From: a virus
Taxonomy: Duplodnaviria; Heunggongvirae; Uroviricota; Caudoviricetes
Virus record (IMG/VR): IMGVR_UViG_2728369553_000011
Strand: one strand, 5' to 3'
DNA length: 13,332 nt
The notes below the pieces were generated by a model. The model was not told the origin of the DNA. It searched no databases and saw only the letters and a list, made by a program, of their open reading frames with translations. The first letter of the stretch is position 1. The number at the start of each line of letters is the position of its first letter. This document shows positions 1 to 6,930 of this stretch, in pieces. The position numbers were made by a program, and so were the translations under genes.

Positions 1-1224
1 ATGCTCCAGGAAATTAAACAGGGCAAGCGCAACATCCTGCTGAACGGTATTGGCGAGGTCAGTGGCGCCCTGGTTCATGATGAGATAGATGGCGCTGTTT
101 CCAAACACCGTCATCCACATGAGCGTAAAGCCGGCGGGAACAAACAACACGCCAGTCACGAACTCACGAATTGTCCTGCCGCGGGAAACGCGTGCAATGA
201 ACATACCTACAAACGGCGACCATGAAAGCCACCATCCCCAGTATAATAATGTCCAGCCCCCCAGCCAGTTGCTCGACTTGGGTTCATACGCGTAAAGGTT
301 GAACGTTTTACTCACCAGTTCCGACAGATAACCACCCGTATTTTCCACAAATGACTTCAGCAGAAGCACAGTGGGACCCAGGCACAAGACCAGCGCCAGG
401 AGCAACACCGCCAGGCCCAGATTAAGCTCAGACAGGATGCGTATTCCCTTGTCCAGGCCGGACACCACCGAAATCGTCGCTAACCCCGTGATGACCACGA
501 TCAAAATGACCTGTACCGTTTCATTGATGGGCACGCCGAAAAGATGGTTCAAACCGGCATTCACCTGCAATACACCGTAACCCAGCGATGTTGCAACGCC
601 AAAGACAGTGCCTATCACGGCGAAGATATCAACCGCGTGGCCTATAGGCCCGTAAATGCGATCGCCGATAATGGGATAGAGCGCAGAACGCAGCGTTAAA
701 GGCAGACCGTGACGGTAACTGAAAAAGGCCAGAATCAGCGCCACGATGGCATAAATTGCCCATGCGTGCAGACCCCAGTGGAAGAACGTCAGGCGCATGG
801 CTTCCTTCGCTGCCGCAACGGTCTCTGGAGTGCCGACAGGTGGCGAAAGATAATGCATCACAGGTTCGGCAACGCCAAAGAACATCAGGCCGATCCCCAT
901 CCCTGCCGAAAAAAGCATCGCGAACCAGGAGTGGTAGCTGAAATCAGGCTGCGCATGGTCTGGGCCCAGCTTTATATCACCGTAACGTGAGAGTCCAAGG
1001 AACGTGACGCTCAGTAAAATCAGGGCCACAGCAAGTATGTAGAACCAGCTGGCATTCGTGAAGATTTGTTGCTGAAGTAGTTTAAAATTTTTGTCGGCGA
1101 CATCCGGGAATACGGCGGCAAAGGCGACAAGAAGGAAAATTAGCAAAGCAGATGTAAAGAATACCGCTTTGTTAATCTGGCTTGTAGACTTCTTTGGGGT
1201 TGTATCATTTTCACTCATAATCAT
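1..1224 (-). CDS. BCCT-family (betaine/carnitine/choline) transporter, 5' portion only (N-terminal 408 aa); the gene continues past the left window edge
   Basis: Manual reverse-complement translation gives an unbroken frame from ATG at 1224 (MIMSENDTTPKKS...; alternative ATG at 1218) to position 1, which is why it is absent from the ORF track. Multiple hydrophobic helices and the BCCT signature WTLLYWGWWLSWSPFVGMFIARVSRGRTIREF (compare BetT [32 protein letters not shown]). Confidence 0.85.
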   Translation of the reverse strand, partial: MIMSENDTTPKKSTSQINKAVFFTSALLIFLLVAFAAVFPDVADKNFKLLQQQIFTNASWFYILAVALILLSVTFLGLSRYGDIKLGPDHAQPDFSYHSWFAMLFSAGMGIGLMFFGVAEPVMHYLSPPVGTPETVAAAKEAMRLTFFHWGLHAWAIYAIVALILAFFSYRHGLPLTLRSALYPIIGDRIYGPIGHAVDIFAVIGTVFGVATSLGYGVLQVNAGLNHLFGVPINETVQVILIVVITGLATISVVSGLDKGIRILSELNLGLAVLLLALVLCLGPTVLLLKSFVENTGGYLSELVSKTFNLYAYEPKSSNWLGGWTLLYWGWWLSWSPFVGMFIARVSRGRTIREFVTGVLFVPAGFTLMWMTVFGNSAIYLIMNQGATDLANTVQQDVALALFNFLEH

Positions 1225-1558
1225 TTATTCCATTAATTAAATCCGCACTGGATAGAAGGTACTACCTCTCACAGAGTAGCAAAGTTCAACTGGCTATGCG
1301 GGGTTAATCGGAATGCATGGTGGAATGAGTGCCGATACAAATCATCCTATATTCTAAGGAGTTTTAAGTTACTCAGCCTGCCAATTACTGGGGCATTTAA
1401 TTTGTATGATCTGTATCAAAGCTGGGATATAAGTTAAGTGAAGTATATTAGGCACGAATTACCAGCGTCTGCTCTTGGCACAAAGCGGACAACCACGCTA
1501 GCTCTACCCTGTGCCACAAAATGTCAATTTGCATCTGAACTAATGCACTTTAATCTCG

Positions 1559-1981
1559 TCACTTCAATAAATACCGAACATCCCCCTGATAAAACGACAA
1601 TATGCGCTGCATAACTTCGCTCTTCCGGCACTCGCGACAGATTATGTTTAGGCGACTGTCGTAGCGACGTATTTCTCCGTCAGGTAATGACCAGATAAGG
1701 TCCGGATCAACCACAACCGGTTTCTTCAGCTTTGCCCTAGATAGTTTTTTGCGGGCATTTTGCCAGTCCTTACGAGCCTGTTCAGACGGGAATAACCCGT
1801 AACCAGAGTTGTATACATCGCCACTGGCAACCAGCTCTCTGGCGAGAACGCTCATCAGATATCTTGTCGCACCTGTCTTGGCTTCCAGTTGCCGTAACGT
1901 CTCGCGCCCACTCCGGCGTACTAGTTCAACAACCTGCCCTTTAATTTTTTCCCGCTCTTCTTGTGTAAATACTTTTGCCAT
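1559..1981 (-). CDS. Hypothetical phage protein, 140 aa, basic, function unknown
   Basis: The track ORF 1559..1996 begins at a TTG. An internal ATG at 1981 (MAKVFTQEEREKIKGQ...) has a GGAGG Shine-Dalgarno 5 nt upstream and sits 15 nt after the TGA of the upstream ORF, suggesting co-transcription. No family recognised. Confidence 0.55.
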   Translation of the reverse strand: MAKVFTQEEREKIKGQVVELVRRSGRETLRQLEAKTGATRYLMSVLARELVASGDVYNSGYGLFPSEQARKDWQNARKKLSRAKLKKPVVVDPDLIWSLPDGEIRRYDSRLNIICRECRKSEVMQRILSFYQGDVRYLLK

Positions 1982-1996
1982 AAGCGCCTCCGGCAA

Positions 1997-2758
1997 TCAC
2001 TTTTCCGATACAACACGGCGGGAAGAATCAGTAATCTGTCGAACAATATCCCGGTGCTTGTTCAGCTCCCGCAGCGCGGCGCAGACTCGCTCCCACTTCT
2101 GGACATGATTTTTCGCCCGACGCAGTTCACGGTTTGCCATATGCAGCGATGGTAAAATCAGGTTATCCGCTTGCGTTTCAGTAAACGATGGCAACGACTG
2201 CACAATGTCCGCCACAGTTTCTGTTTTAATATCTTCCTGTGTTGCAGCTTCCTGTACTGGTAACGCAACACCGGCTAGCTGAGGAAAGGCTTTACCATCT
2301 GTTTCCGCTACCGATGCAGCTTTCGGCTCTGCTGGTAAATTACCGCCCGGCATGCAGTAACGAAATTTACCGTTCTGATTAACGCGAATCAGACGAGCTT
2401 TGCTGATTGCCATTGCCAGCGTTGAAGCCACTTTGCGGGATGTGGTACCGAACAACGTAGCCAGTTCATCCGCAGTTAGTGGACCACGTTGTTCAATCGT
2501 CGCAGTTAAATCGCTCTCTGAAATTTTCGCGACTGTTGCCGTGGTAGTTTCTTCCGGCAGTTCTGCCGGCGCTGGCTGTTCCTGCTGAACGTTGTTATCA
2601 GCCACACGCCAGGTGTACGCGCTTTTATCAACGAAACCAGCCTTTTTCAGTTCCCATAGTTCGTTCAGCACTTCTTCACGGCTGATATCAAGTCGCGCAG
2701 CAAGTTCTATGGATGTGGCTTTTCCCATTGCTTTCAGTGCGTCAAAAACAGTCTCCAT
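1997..2758 (-). CDS. Hypothetical phage protein with two winged-helix-like segments (253 aa from ATG 2758; 270 aa if the ATG at 2809 is used); sits at the position of ydaW in K-12 Rac
   Basis: Long - strand ORF. Two segments of similar character (…[29 protein letters not shown]… and …[31 protein letters not shown]…). ATG 2758 has GGGAGA 9 nt upstream and lies after the ydaV-like stop; ATG 2809 would overlap the ydaV-like 3' end by 29 nt. Confidence 0.6.
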   Translation of the reverse strand: METVFDALKAMGKATSIELAARLDISREEVLNELWELKKAGFVDKSAYTWRVADNNVQQEQPAPAELPEETTTATVAKISESDLTATIEQRGPLTADELATLFGTTSRKVASTLAMAISKARLIRVNQNGKFRYCMPGGNLPAEPKAASVAETDGKAFPQLAGVALPVQEAATQEDIKTETVADIVQSLPSFTETQADNLILPSLHMANRELRRAKNHVQKWERVCAALRELNKHRDIVRQITDSSRRVVSEK

Positions 2759-2780
2759 TAAATTTTTCTCCCGGTAAAAA

Positions 2781-3549
2781 TTACTTCGCAATTCCTGGCT
2801 GGACGACATTCGGACGCCAGCTCTCCCAGTTAAAATTCACCCATCGCCCGCCGTTCATGGTCATGCGATCCATAATCCTCTCGCCGAGCAATGTTTTCAT
2901 GGCCTCATAATTCAGGTTTGTCAGCATCCCCACGCTGCGCATCGACGCTGTCCGGCGATCAACAATCTGGTGCAGCACCACCTGCTCGTTTTTTGTCTCG
3001 CGCTGAATGCCAATTTCATCAAGAACCAGCAGATCCACTTGGCACAGTTCCCGCAAAAATTTTTCGCCTGATTGCCCGTCGTCATAGCTGGCGTGTAGGG
3101 CACTCATGACATCAGCCACGGTAACCACAATCACTGTCTGGCCATCTTTCAGCAGGCGATTCCCGATAGCCGCCGCCAGATGGTTTTTTCCGGTACCAGG
3201 TTTTCCGCTGAACGCAAAATTTGTACACCCGGTCATCAGTTCATCAGCGATGGATTTCGCCTGACTCAACGCGTATCGCTGCCCTTCGTTCTGCACCTGG
3301 TAANNNNNNNNNNNNNNNNNNNNNNNNNNNNNNNNNNNCGAAAACGAGCATTTGCGGTGCAATGGCTGGATGCCAGAGCGATTCAGAATTTTTTCCACCC
3401 GCAACTGACGATTCTGACGGTTGATCTCCTCACAACGTTTCTGGCCTTCGGAAAGTTGCCACTCGCGCCACTCCGCTACCGTTTTGAATGGGGCGGTTAC
3501 ATGTGGCGGGGCCAGTCTGCGGATACGTTCAAGAATGCCNNNNNNNNNN
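2781..3549 (-). CDS. ydaV: DnaC/IstB-like AAA+ helicase loader (phage P-like replication protein), interrupted by N-masked gaps; true start falls in or next to the 10-N run
   Basis: Walker [18 protein letters not shown] and Walker B LLVLDEIG. Frame stays open in the same phase on both sides of the 35-N run. Length from the 10-N run to the stop is about 252-256 aa, close to the recalled 248-aa YdaV. Stop TAA at 2781-2783. Confidence 0.75.
3304..3338. other. Run of 35 N (masked or unsequenced bases) inside the DnaC-like gene
   Basis: Literal N characters. The frame is open and in phase on both sides. Confidence 0.99.
3540..3549. other. Run of 10 N at the ydaU-like stop / ydaV-like start junction
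   Basis: Literal N characters directly next to the TAA of the ydaU-like gene (3550-3552). Confidence 0.99.
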
Positions 3550-4338
3550 TTACCCCCTGAAGCCTGGCGGGATCGCACTATCCGGTAACGAGACGGTGTT
3601 AACCTGTCGGAGTAACGTCTCAGGTCGAACACCTTTTGGCGCGAACAAGCCCTGGTATTCATTGGCGATGCTGTGTCGAATCACCTGCTCAGGTGAAAAA
3701 CCCTGCTGGCGGAATTTTTCCAGCTCCCGTATCGCCCCGTTAGCGCCCTGCTCCGTTCGAATCGGTTTTCGCAATGCCTGCCTGAACTGAACCCACTCAT
3801 GCCAGAGTGTTTCCGGCAACCAGTCAGGCAGCTCGATAGCCTCCGGTTCGAATTTTTTAGACGCTCGTTTTTGGCGAGGGGGATTTAGGGGGAGATAAGT
3901 ATTTATATCTTCCTCTTTCTCTTCCTCTGGTAACGCTTTTTGATCCGTTTTTGTAACGCTGGCAGCGTTACCTTTTCGTTTCAGTTCTCGTATTTTTGTT
4001 ACTCTCTCGTTTGTAACCGCCCGTTTTTTAGAGCTTTTCCCGTTATGGCGCTCAAAGTTAGGAAGCGACAACACACCATTAGTTTCGACCAGCCATCCAA
4101 CCTGAATTAACGCATCAGCAAAACCAGCCATAAAAGTGATGCGATCTATTGCACTTTTTGTAACGCCGCGAGCGTTACACTCTGCGTTACCGTCTATCAT
4201 TTGTTGATCCGCCCATGCCCAGAAGCGAATGACTTTCCCTAATGCGGCATCTGGATCAATATTCAGAATCTCAGCAAGCCTGAATATTTCCGGCTTATCC
4301 GGCGTAATAACTTCGAGCTTTATCCAGTTTGAAGCCAT
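3550..4338 (-). CDS. ydaU: YdaU-like replication initiation / replisome organiser protein (lambda O analogue by position), 262 aa
   Basis: ATG at 4338 with AAGGTGA Shine-Dalgarno 6 nt upstream; stop TAA at 3550-3552. Acidic/basic linker (EEEKEEDINTYLPLNPPRQKRASKK). Sits between the cII-like ydaT and the DnaC-like loader. Contains palindromic repeats in its coding sequence. Confidence 0.7.
   Translation of the reverse strand: MASNWIKLEVITPDKPEIFRLAEILNIDPDAALGKVIRFWAWADQQMIDGNAECNARGVTKSAIDRITFMAGFADALIQVGWLVETNGVLSLPNFERHNGKSSKKRAVTNERVTKIRELKRKGNAASVTKTDQKALPEEEKEEDINTYLPLNPPRQKRASKKFEPEAIELPDWLPETLWHEWVQFRQALRKPIRTEQGANGAIRELEKFRQQGFSPEQVIRHSIANEYQGLFAPKGVRPETLLRQVNTVSLPDSAIPPGFRG
3953..3971. 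repeat. 19-bp palindrome GTAACGCT-GGC-AGCGTTAC, copy 1, inside the ydaU-like coding sequence
   Basis: Perfect 8-bp inverted arms read directly. Flanked by a GGTAACGCT half-site (3929-3937) and CGTTTTTGTAAC-like direct repeats up to about 4030. Confidence 0.75.
4160..4178. repeat. 19-bp palindrome GTAACGCC-GCG-AGCGTTAC, copy 2 (one arm mismatch), inside the ydaU-like coding sequence; extra GCGTTAC half-site at 4184-4190
   Basis: Read directly from sequence. Confidence 0.7.
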
Positions 4339-4351
4339 TTGTTTTCACCTT

Positions 4352-4370
4352 GTAACGCTCGCAGCGTTAC
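4352..4370. repeat. 19-bp palindrome GTAACGCT-CGC-AGCGTTAC, copy 3, non-coding, immediately upstream of the ydaU-like Shine-Dalgarno and ATG
   Basis: Read directly from sequence. On the - strand it reads GTAACGCTGCGAGCGTTAC followed directly by AAGGTGAAAACAAATG. Confidence 0.75.
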
Positions 4371-4380
4371 ATTTAACTGA

Positions 4381-4402
4381 TACCGAACAAAACAGTTCGG
4401 TA
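4381..4402 (-). promoter_or_regulatory. Hairpin (TACCGAAC / GTTCGGTA, 6-nt loop) in the ydaT to ydaU-like spacer; possible attenuator or processing site
   Basis: Perfect 8-bp stem seen in sequence. Only a modest T content follows on the - strand. Confidence 0.3.
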
Positions 4403-4415
4403 CGATTAATTTCAA

Positions 4416-4838
4416 TCAATGCACTACGACAGAATCGCTAGGAGAACCGCCGCCGCTGAAATGTGCTTTACGGTAAACGGCCTGGACTGCATCATCATGC
4501 GCATCAATTGCCGTACTCAGTGCATCCTGTGCCGCCAGTAATGCACGGCGTTCCAGGGTATCGAAGATGCAGAGTCGGTGACGCAGCTCGCGAGGAAGAA
4601 TTGCCAGAACCGCAGGGATCAGTTTCTGAATTTTTTCCCTTTGCGCATTCGTTTCACCTTTCAACCAACGATGATAGATATTCTGCTGATTGTTCCAGTC
4701 CTTGCCTGGTACCAGGGGCAATTCGCCGCCCCCCTGGCGCAGATATTCTTCAGTAATTGCGTTAGCGACCCACGCCTGCCCTTTTTCGGCTGCCAGGGCT
4801 AACAACACTGATTCGATGTGCTCATGCTTGATTTTCAT
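4416..4838 (-). CDS. ydaT: YdaT, CII-like regulator/toxic protein of the Rac immunity region, 140 aa
   Basis: 140-aa ORF MKIKHEHIESVLLALAAEKGQAWV... Its ATG (4838-4836) overlaps the ydaS TGA (ATGA-type coupling). Length and sequence match recalled K-12 YdaT. Confidence 0.8.
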   Translation of the reverse strand: MKIKHEHIESVLLALAAEKGQAWVANAITEEYLRQGGGELPLVPGKDWNNQQNIYHRWLKGETNAQREKIQKLIPAVLAILPRELRHRLCIFDTLERRALLAAQDALSTAIDAHDDAVQAVYRKAHFSGGGSPSDSVVVH

Positions 4839-5089
4839 GAATCAACTCCCATCAGCTTTTTCGTAGTAGTTTTATTTCTGCCAATAGTTAAAATTGCATC
4901 GGCAGAAAATAATCCGTTTGATGCATGAGCGATTTTTTCAGCGTAATTTGTTTCGCCGGTATATTCTGTGCGAGGCAATTTTCCGTTATCCATCCATTTG
5001 TAGATTGCTCTTTGGCTGACACCACAAACGTCGGCCACAACAGAAACGCGAACAGTTTTGATTACATCTTCAAGTGTTTTCTGGTTCAT
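4835..5089 (-). CDS. ydaS: YdaS, Cro-like XRE-family HTH protein (84 aa from ATG 5089; the ORF is open up to ATG 5161)
   Basis: HTH segment VADVCGVSQRAIYKWMDNGKLP. ATG 5089 is preceded by GAGGA 4 nt upstream. Divergent from racR. Start choice is uncertain. Confidence 0.75.
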   Translation of the reverse strand: MNQKTLEDVIKTVRVSVVADVCGVSQRAIYKWMDNGKLPRTEYTGETNYAEKIAHASNGLFSADAILTIGRNKTTTKKLMGVDS

Positions 5090-5113
5090 ATCATCCTCAC
5101 AATGTGAACTTTG

Positions 5114-5144
5114 AGTACATGCCATAACAGAACTGACAGTACAT
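5114..5144. promoter_or_regulatory. Two direct copies of AGTACAT (5114-5120 and 5138-5144), 24 bp apart, in the racR/ydaS divergent region; candidate repressor operator half-sites
   Basis: Seen in sequence. The second copy overlaps the putative racR -35 element. Confidence 0.3.
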
Positions 5145-5161
5145 TCAAGAGCGAATATCAT
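5133..5161 (+). promoter_or_regulatory. Candidate sigma70 promoter for racR: -35 CTGACA (5133-5138), 17-bp spacer, -10 TATCAT (5156-5161); predicts a leaderless or near-leaderless racR mRNA, as for lambda cI from PRM
   Basis: Hexamers read directly from the sequence. racR ATG at 5169 with no SD. Confidence 0.35.
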
Positions 5162-5168
5162 TGAACTT

Positions 5169-5588
5169 ATGGTTCATGAAGATAAAGCGCGTAAAGAGTT
5201 CGCCAGTAGGCTTGCGCTAGCCTGTGAAAACGCTGGTTATGAACAACATGGAAGGCAGGCAGAAATTGCCCGTCGAATGAAATTAACACCAAAAGCGGTT
5301 AGCAAATGGTTTAATGGTGAAACAATTCCTCGCCGAGAGAAATTAAGGGAATTAGCAACACTCATTGGAACAACACCAACCTATCTTTTGGGAGAGGATA
5401 CAGAAGAAAGTGGACAGATACGTTTCTATCAGGAGTTAAATCCAAGACAAAAAATCATCATTGACCTTCTGGACGAGCTCCCTGACAGTGAGACAGATGA
5501 ACTTTTAAAAACTCTTGAGGAGAAAAAACAGAAGTACAATGCAATTTACGAAGAGTTAGCACGAAAGAAAAAACAAAAAGCCTCTTAA
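5169..5588 (+). CDS. racR: RacR, CI-like prophage repressor (139 aa as read here)
   Basis: ORF MVHEDKARKEFASRLALACENAGYEQHGRQAEIARRMKLTPKAVSKWFNGE with an HTH segment. Divergent to ydaS/ydaT. No Shine-Dalgarno upstream, and a -10-like TATCAT ends 7 nt before the ATG. Confidence 0.8.
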   Translation: MVHEDKARKEFASRLALACENAGYEQHGRQAEIARRMKLTPKAVSKWFNGETIPRREKLRELATLIGTTPTYLLGEDTEESGQIRFYQELNPRQKIIIDLLDELPDSETDELLKTLEEKKQKYNAIYEELARKKKQKAS

Positions 5589-5663
5589 ATCAGCATAAAT
5601 CCGGTAGCGTCCCCCTCCGGGTTTGTGCTTCACTTTATCCCGTCTCATTTTTTTATACATAAA

Positions 5664-5704
5664 ATGTACTTAAAGTACTTTACAATGATGAACACAAAGT
5701 ACAT
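5664..5704. promoter_or_regulatory. Cluster of GTAC-core repeats downstream of racR: ATGTACT (5664-5670), perfect palindrome AAGTACTT (5673-5680), AGTACAT (5698-5704); candidate second operator and ydaG promoter region
   Basis: Seen in sequence. Same 7-mer family as at 5114-5144. AT-rich context with TTTACA and TTATAT hexamers nearby. Confidence 0.3.
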
Positions 5705-5875
5705 TATATACCTACCAACCCACCCCGCCCCACAGAACGCAGGGCAATACTTCGAGTTACCAGGCAGTGGTAAGGGGTTAAGTAGCCAGCCCGAGGCGTA
5801 TGAACATGACGGCGGGATTCAAATTTTGCAGTGCAGCAGTTAGTTCCGCCACCCGGCGTTAAGGGGAGAGATAAG

Positions 5876-6010
5876 ATGGTGCATTACGAAGTAGTTCAGT
5901 ATTTGATGGATTGTTGCGGTATCACTTACAACCAGGCTGTGCAGGCTTTACGCAGCAACGACTGGGATCTCTGGCAGGCAGAAGTCGCTATACGTAGCAA
6001 CAAGATGTGA
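5876..6010 (+). CDS. ydaG: YdaG, small Rac prophage protein (44 aa)
   Basis: ATG 5876 preceded by a strong SD AAGGGGAGAG. Translation MVHYEVVQYLMDCCGITYNQAVQALRSNDWDLWQAEVAIRSNKM. Below the ORF-track length cutoff. Confidence 0.65.
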   Translation: MVHYEVVQYLMDCCGITYNQAVQALRSNDWDLWQAEVAIRSNKM

Positions 6011-6020
6011 GATTCGCAAA

Positions 6021-6176
6021 ATGCAAAAAATCGACCTCGGCAACAACGAATCCCTGGTGTGCGGCGTGTTCCCCAACCAGGATGGAACGTTCACTGCCAT
6101 GACGTATACCAAAAGCAAAACATTTAAAACCGAAACTGGTGCGCGCCGATGGTTGGAGAAGCACACAGTAAGCTAA
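6021..6176 (+). CDS. ydaF: YdaF, small Rac prophage protein (51 aa)
   Basis: ATG 6021, 10 nt after the ydaG stop. Translation MQKIDLGNNESLVCGVFPNQDGTFTAMTYTKSKTFKTETGARRWLEKHTVS. Its 3' end overlaps the convergent sieB 3' end by 4 nt. Confidence 0.65.
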   Translation: MQKIDLGNNESLVCGVFPNQDGTFTAMTYTKSKTFKTETGARRWLEKHTVS

Positions 6177-6661
6177 CGATTAAAACGTCTACTCCTGCTG
6201 TTCCAGAATAACTTCATAAAATGGGAGTATTTTTCGGTGACGAGATAATAAGAACAGTTTGCGCTATCACTCTGATGTTGAATGATGCCCTTCCGTTCTA
6301 ATTTTTTCATAACCGGGTTACGGCAAGGAGAAGTGATAATAAGATTTCCTGTTTTAAGGAAATCTTTAAATACAGCGATTTCTTTCTCAGATAAACGAAG
6401 CAATACTCGTTGCTCTGGTAGTAATGAATAATGCTTTTGAATATGTGCTCGCAATCTTGAGAAGGAAATGGCGACCACGAAAGAAAAGGCAAAAACGATA
6501 ATCTGAAAGAGCCAAGGTATTTCAGTATAAGCATTGAATGCGACAGTAAACTCTTTCGGTATCAGCCAGAGAGTGAGACCAAAAATGATAATCGTATACA
6601 TAAGTCTTTCGAGTGGCTCGTTAGCAAAAAGTTTCAACAATGGAGTAAATACATCCAACAT
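6173..6661 (-). CDS. sieB: SieB, superinfection exclusion / abortive-infection membrane protein (162 aa)
   Basis: Track ORF 6173..6784; the internal ATG at 6661 (MLDVFTPLLKLFANEPLERLMYTIIIFGLTLWLIPKEF...) gives the recalled 162-aa length. Hydrophobic N-terminal half. Confidence 0.8.
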   Translation of the reverse strand: MLDVFTPLLKLFANEPLERLMYTIIIFGLTLWLIPKEFTVAFNAYTEIPWLFQIIVFAFSFVVAISFSRLRAHIQKHYSLLPEQRVLLRLSEKEIAVFKDFLKTGNLIITSPCRNPVMKKLERKGIIQHQSDSANCSYYLVTEKYSHFMKLFWNSRSRRFNR

Positions 6662-6879
6662 ATCAATAACTCTCAACTGTAAGGGTATTGAAATGTTAAC
6701 ACAAGCTCTCGCTGTAGGGGTATAGCCGAGACCACCGAAGCCCGGAGGTGGTGAAATAAAACCGGGCACAACACGAAGGCGCATTTCCGATATCCATAAA
6801 GAGTCGGTCTTGTCTGTTAAATTTAAATGGTGGGAGTGCGCCTCCGGTTGTAAATAACGACATTGCTGTGTGTAGTCCT

Positions 6880-6930
6880 GGCGGCATCAGTTTTTTTCTT
6901 GAAGTTCGGCTGATGTCCGCCCTTTTTAAA
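6880..6930 (+). terminator. Terminator-like hairpin: arms GGCGGCATCAG / CTGATGTCCGCC (one bulged T), 19-nt loop, followed by CTTTTTAAA; lies in the sieB-kilR divergent region
   Basis: Seen in sequence. The T-run follows the stem only on the + strand. The loop is long, so prediction is weak. Confidence 0.3.

Noticed and set aside
1-990. Plus-strand ORFs 1..225, 89..295, 371..580, 709..990 and 756..941
   Set aside because: All lie antisense to the continuous BCCT transporter frame. They have no ribosome-binding sites and look like shadow ORFs of a GC-rich membrane-protein gene.
1225-1558. Possible tRNA gene or att core in the spacer between the BCCT gene and the phage ORFs
   Set aside because: I could not fold a cloverleaf by inspection, and the integrase-proximal att is outside the window, so no repeat comparison is possible. 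The TGGCACA…TGTGCCA inverted repeat (about 1489-1527) is short enough to be chance.
1809-3109. Plus-strand ORFs 1809..2108, 1961..2155, 2400..2588, 2592..2777, 2713..2910, 2891..3109, and minus-strand 2921..3103
   Set aside because: They overlap the long minus-strand genes out of frame or on the opposite strand, with Ser/Ala-rich translations typical of shadow frames.
3180-3790. Plus-strand ORFs spanning the N runs (3180..3560, 3221..3424, 3488..3790)
   Set aside because: They read through masked N bases and lie antisense to the DnaC-like and ydaU-like genes.
4229-4802. Plus-strand ORFs 4229..4441, 4463..4756 and 4578..4802
   Set aside because: Antisense to ydaU and ydaT, with no RBS.
5589-5640. 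Possible intrinsic terminator after racR (CCGG…CCGG followed by GTTTGTG)
   Set aside because: Only a 4-bp self-complementary stem with a 13-nt loop, too weak to call.
5625-5843. 72-aa plus-strand ORF between racR and ydaG
   Set aside because: GTG start without a Shine-Dalgarno, low-complexity translation, and it overlaps the GTAC-repeat and promoter-like region. More likely regulatory DNA than a gene.
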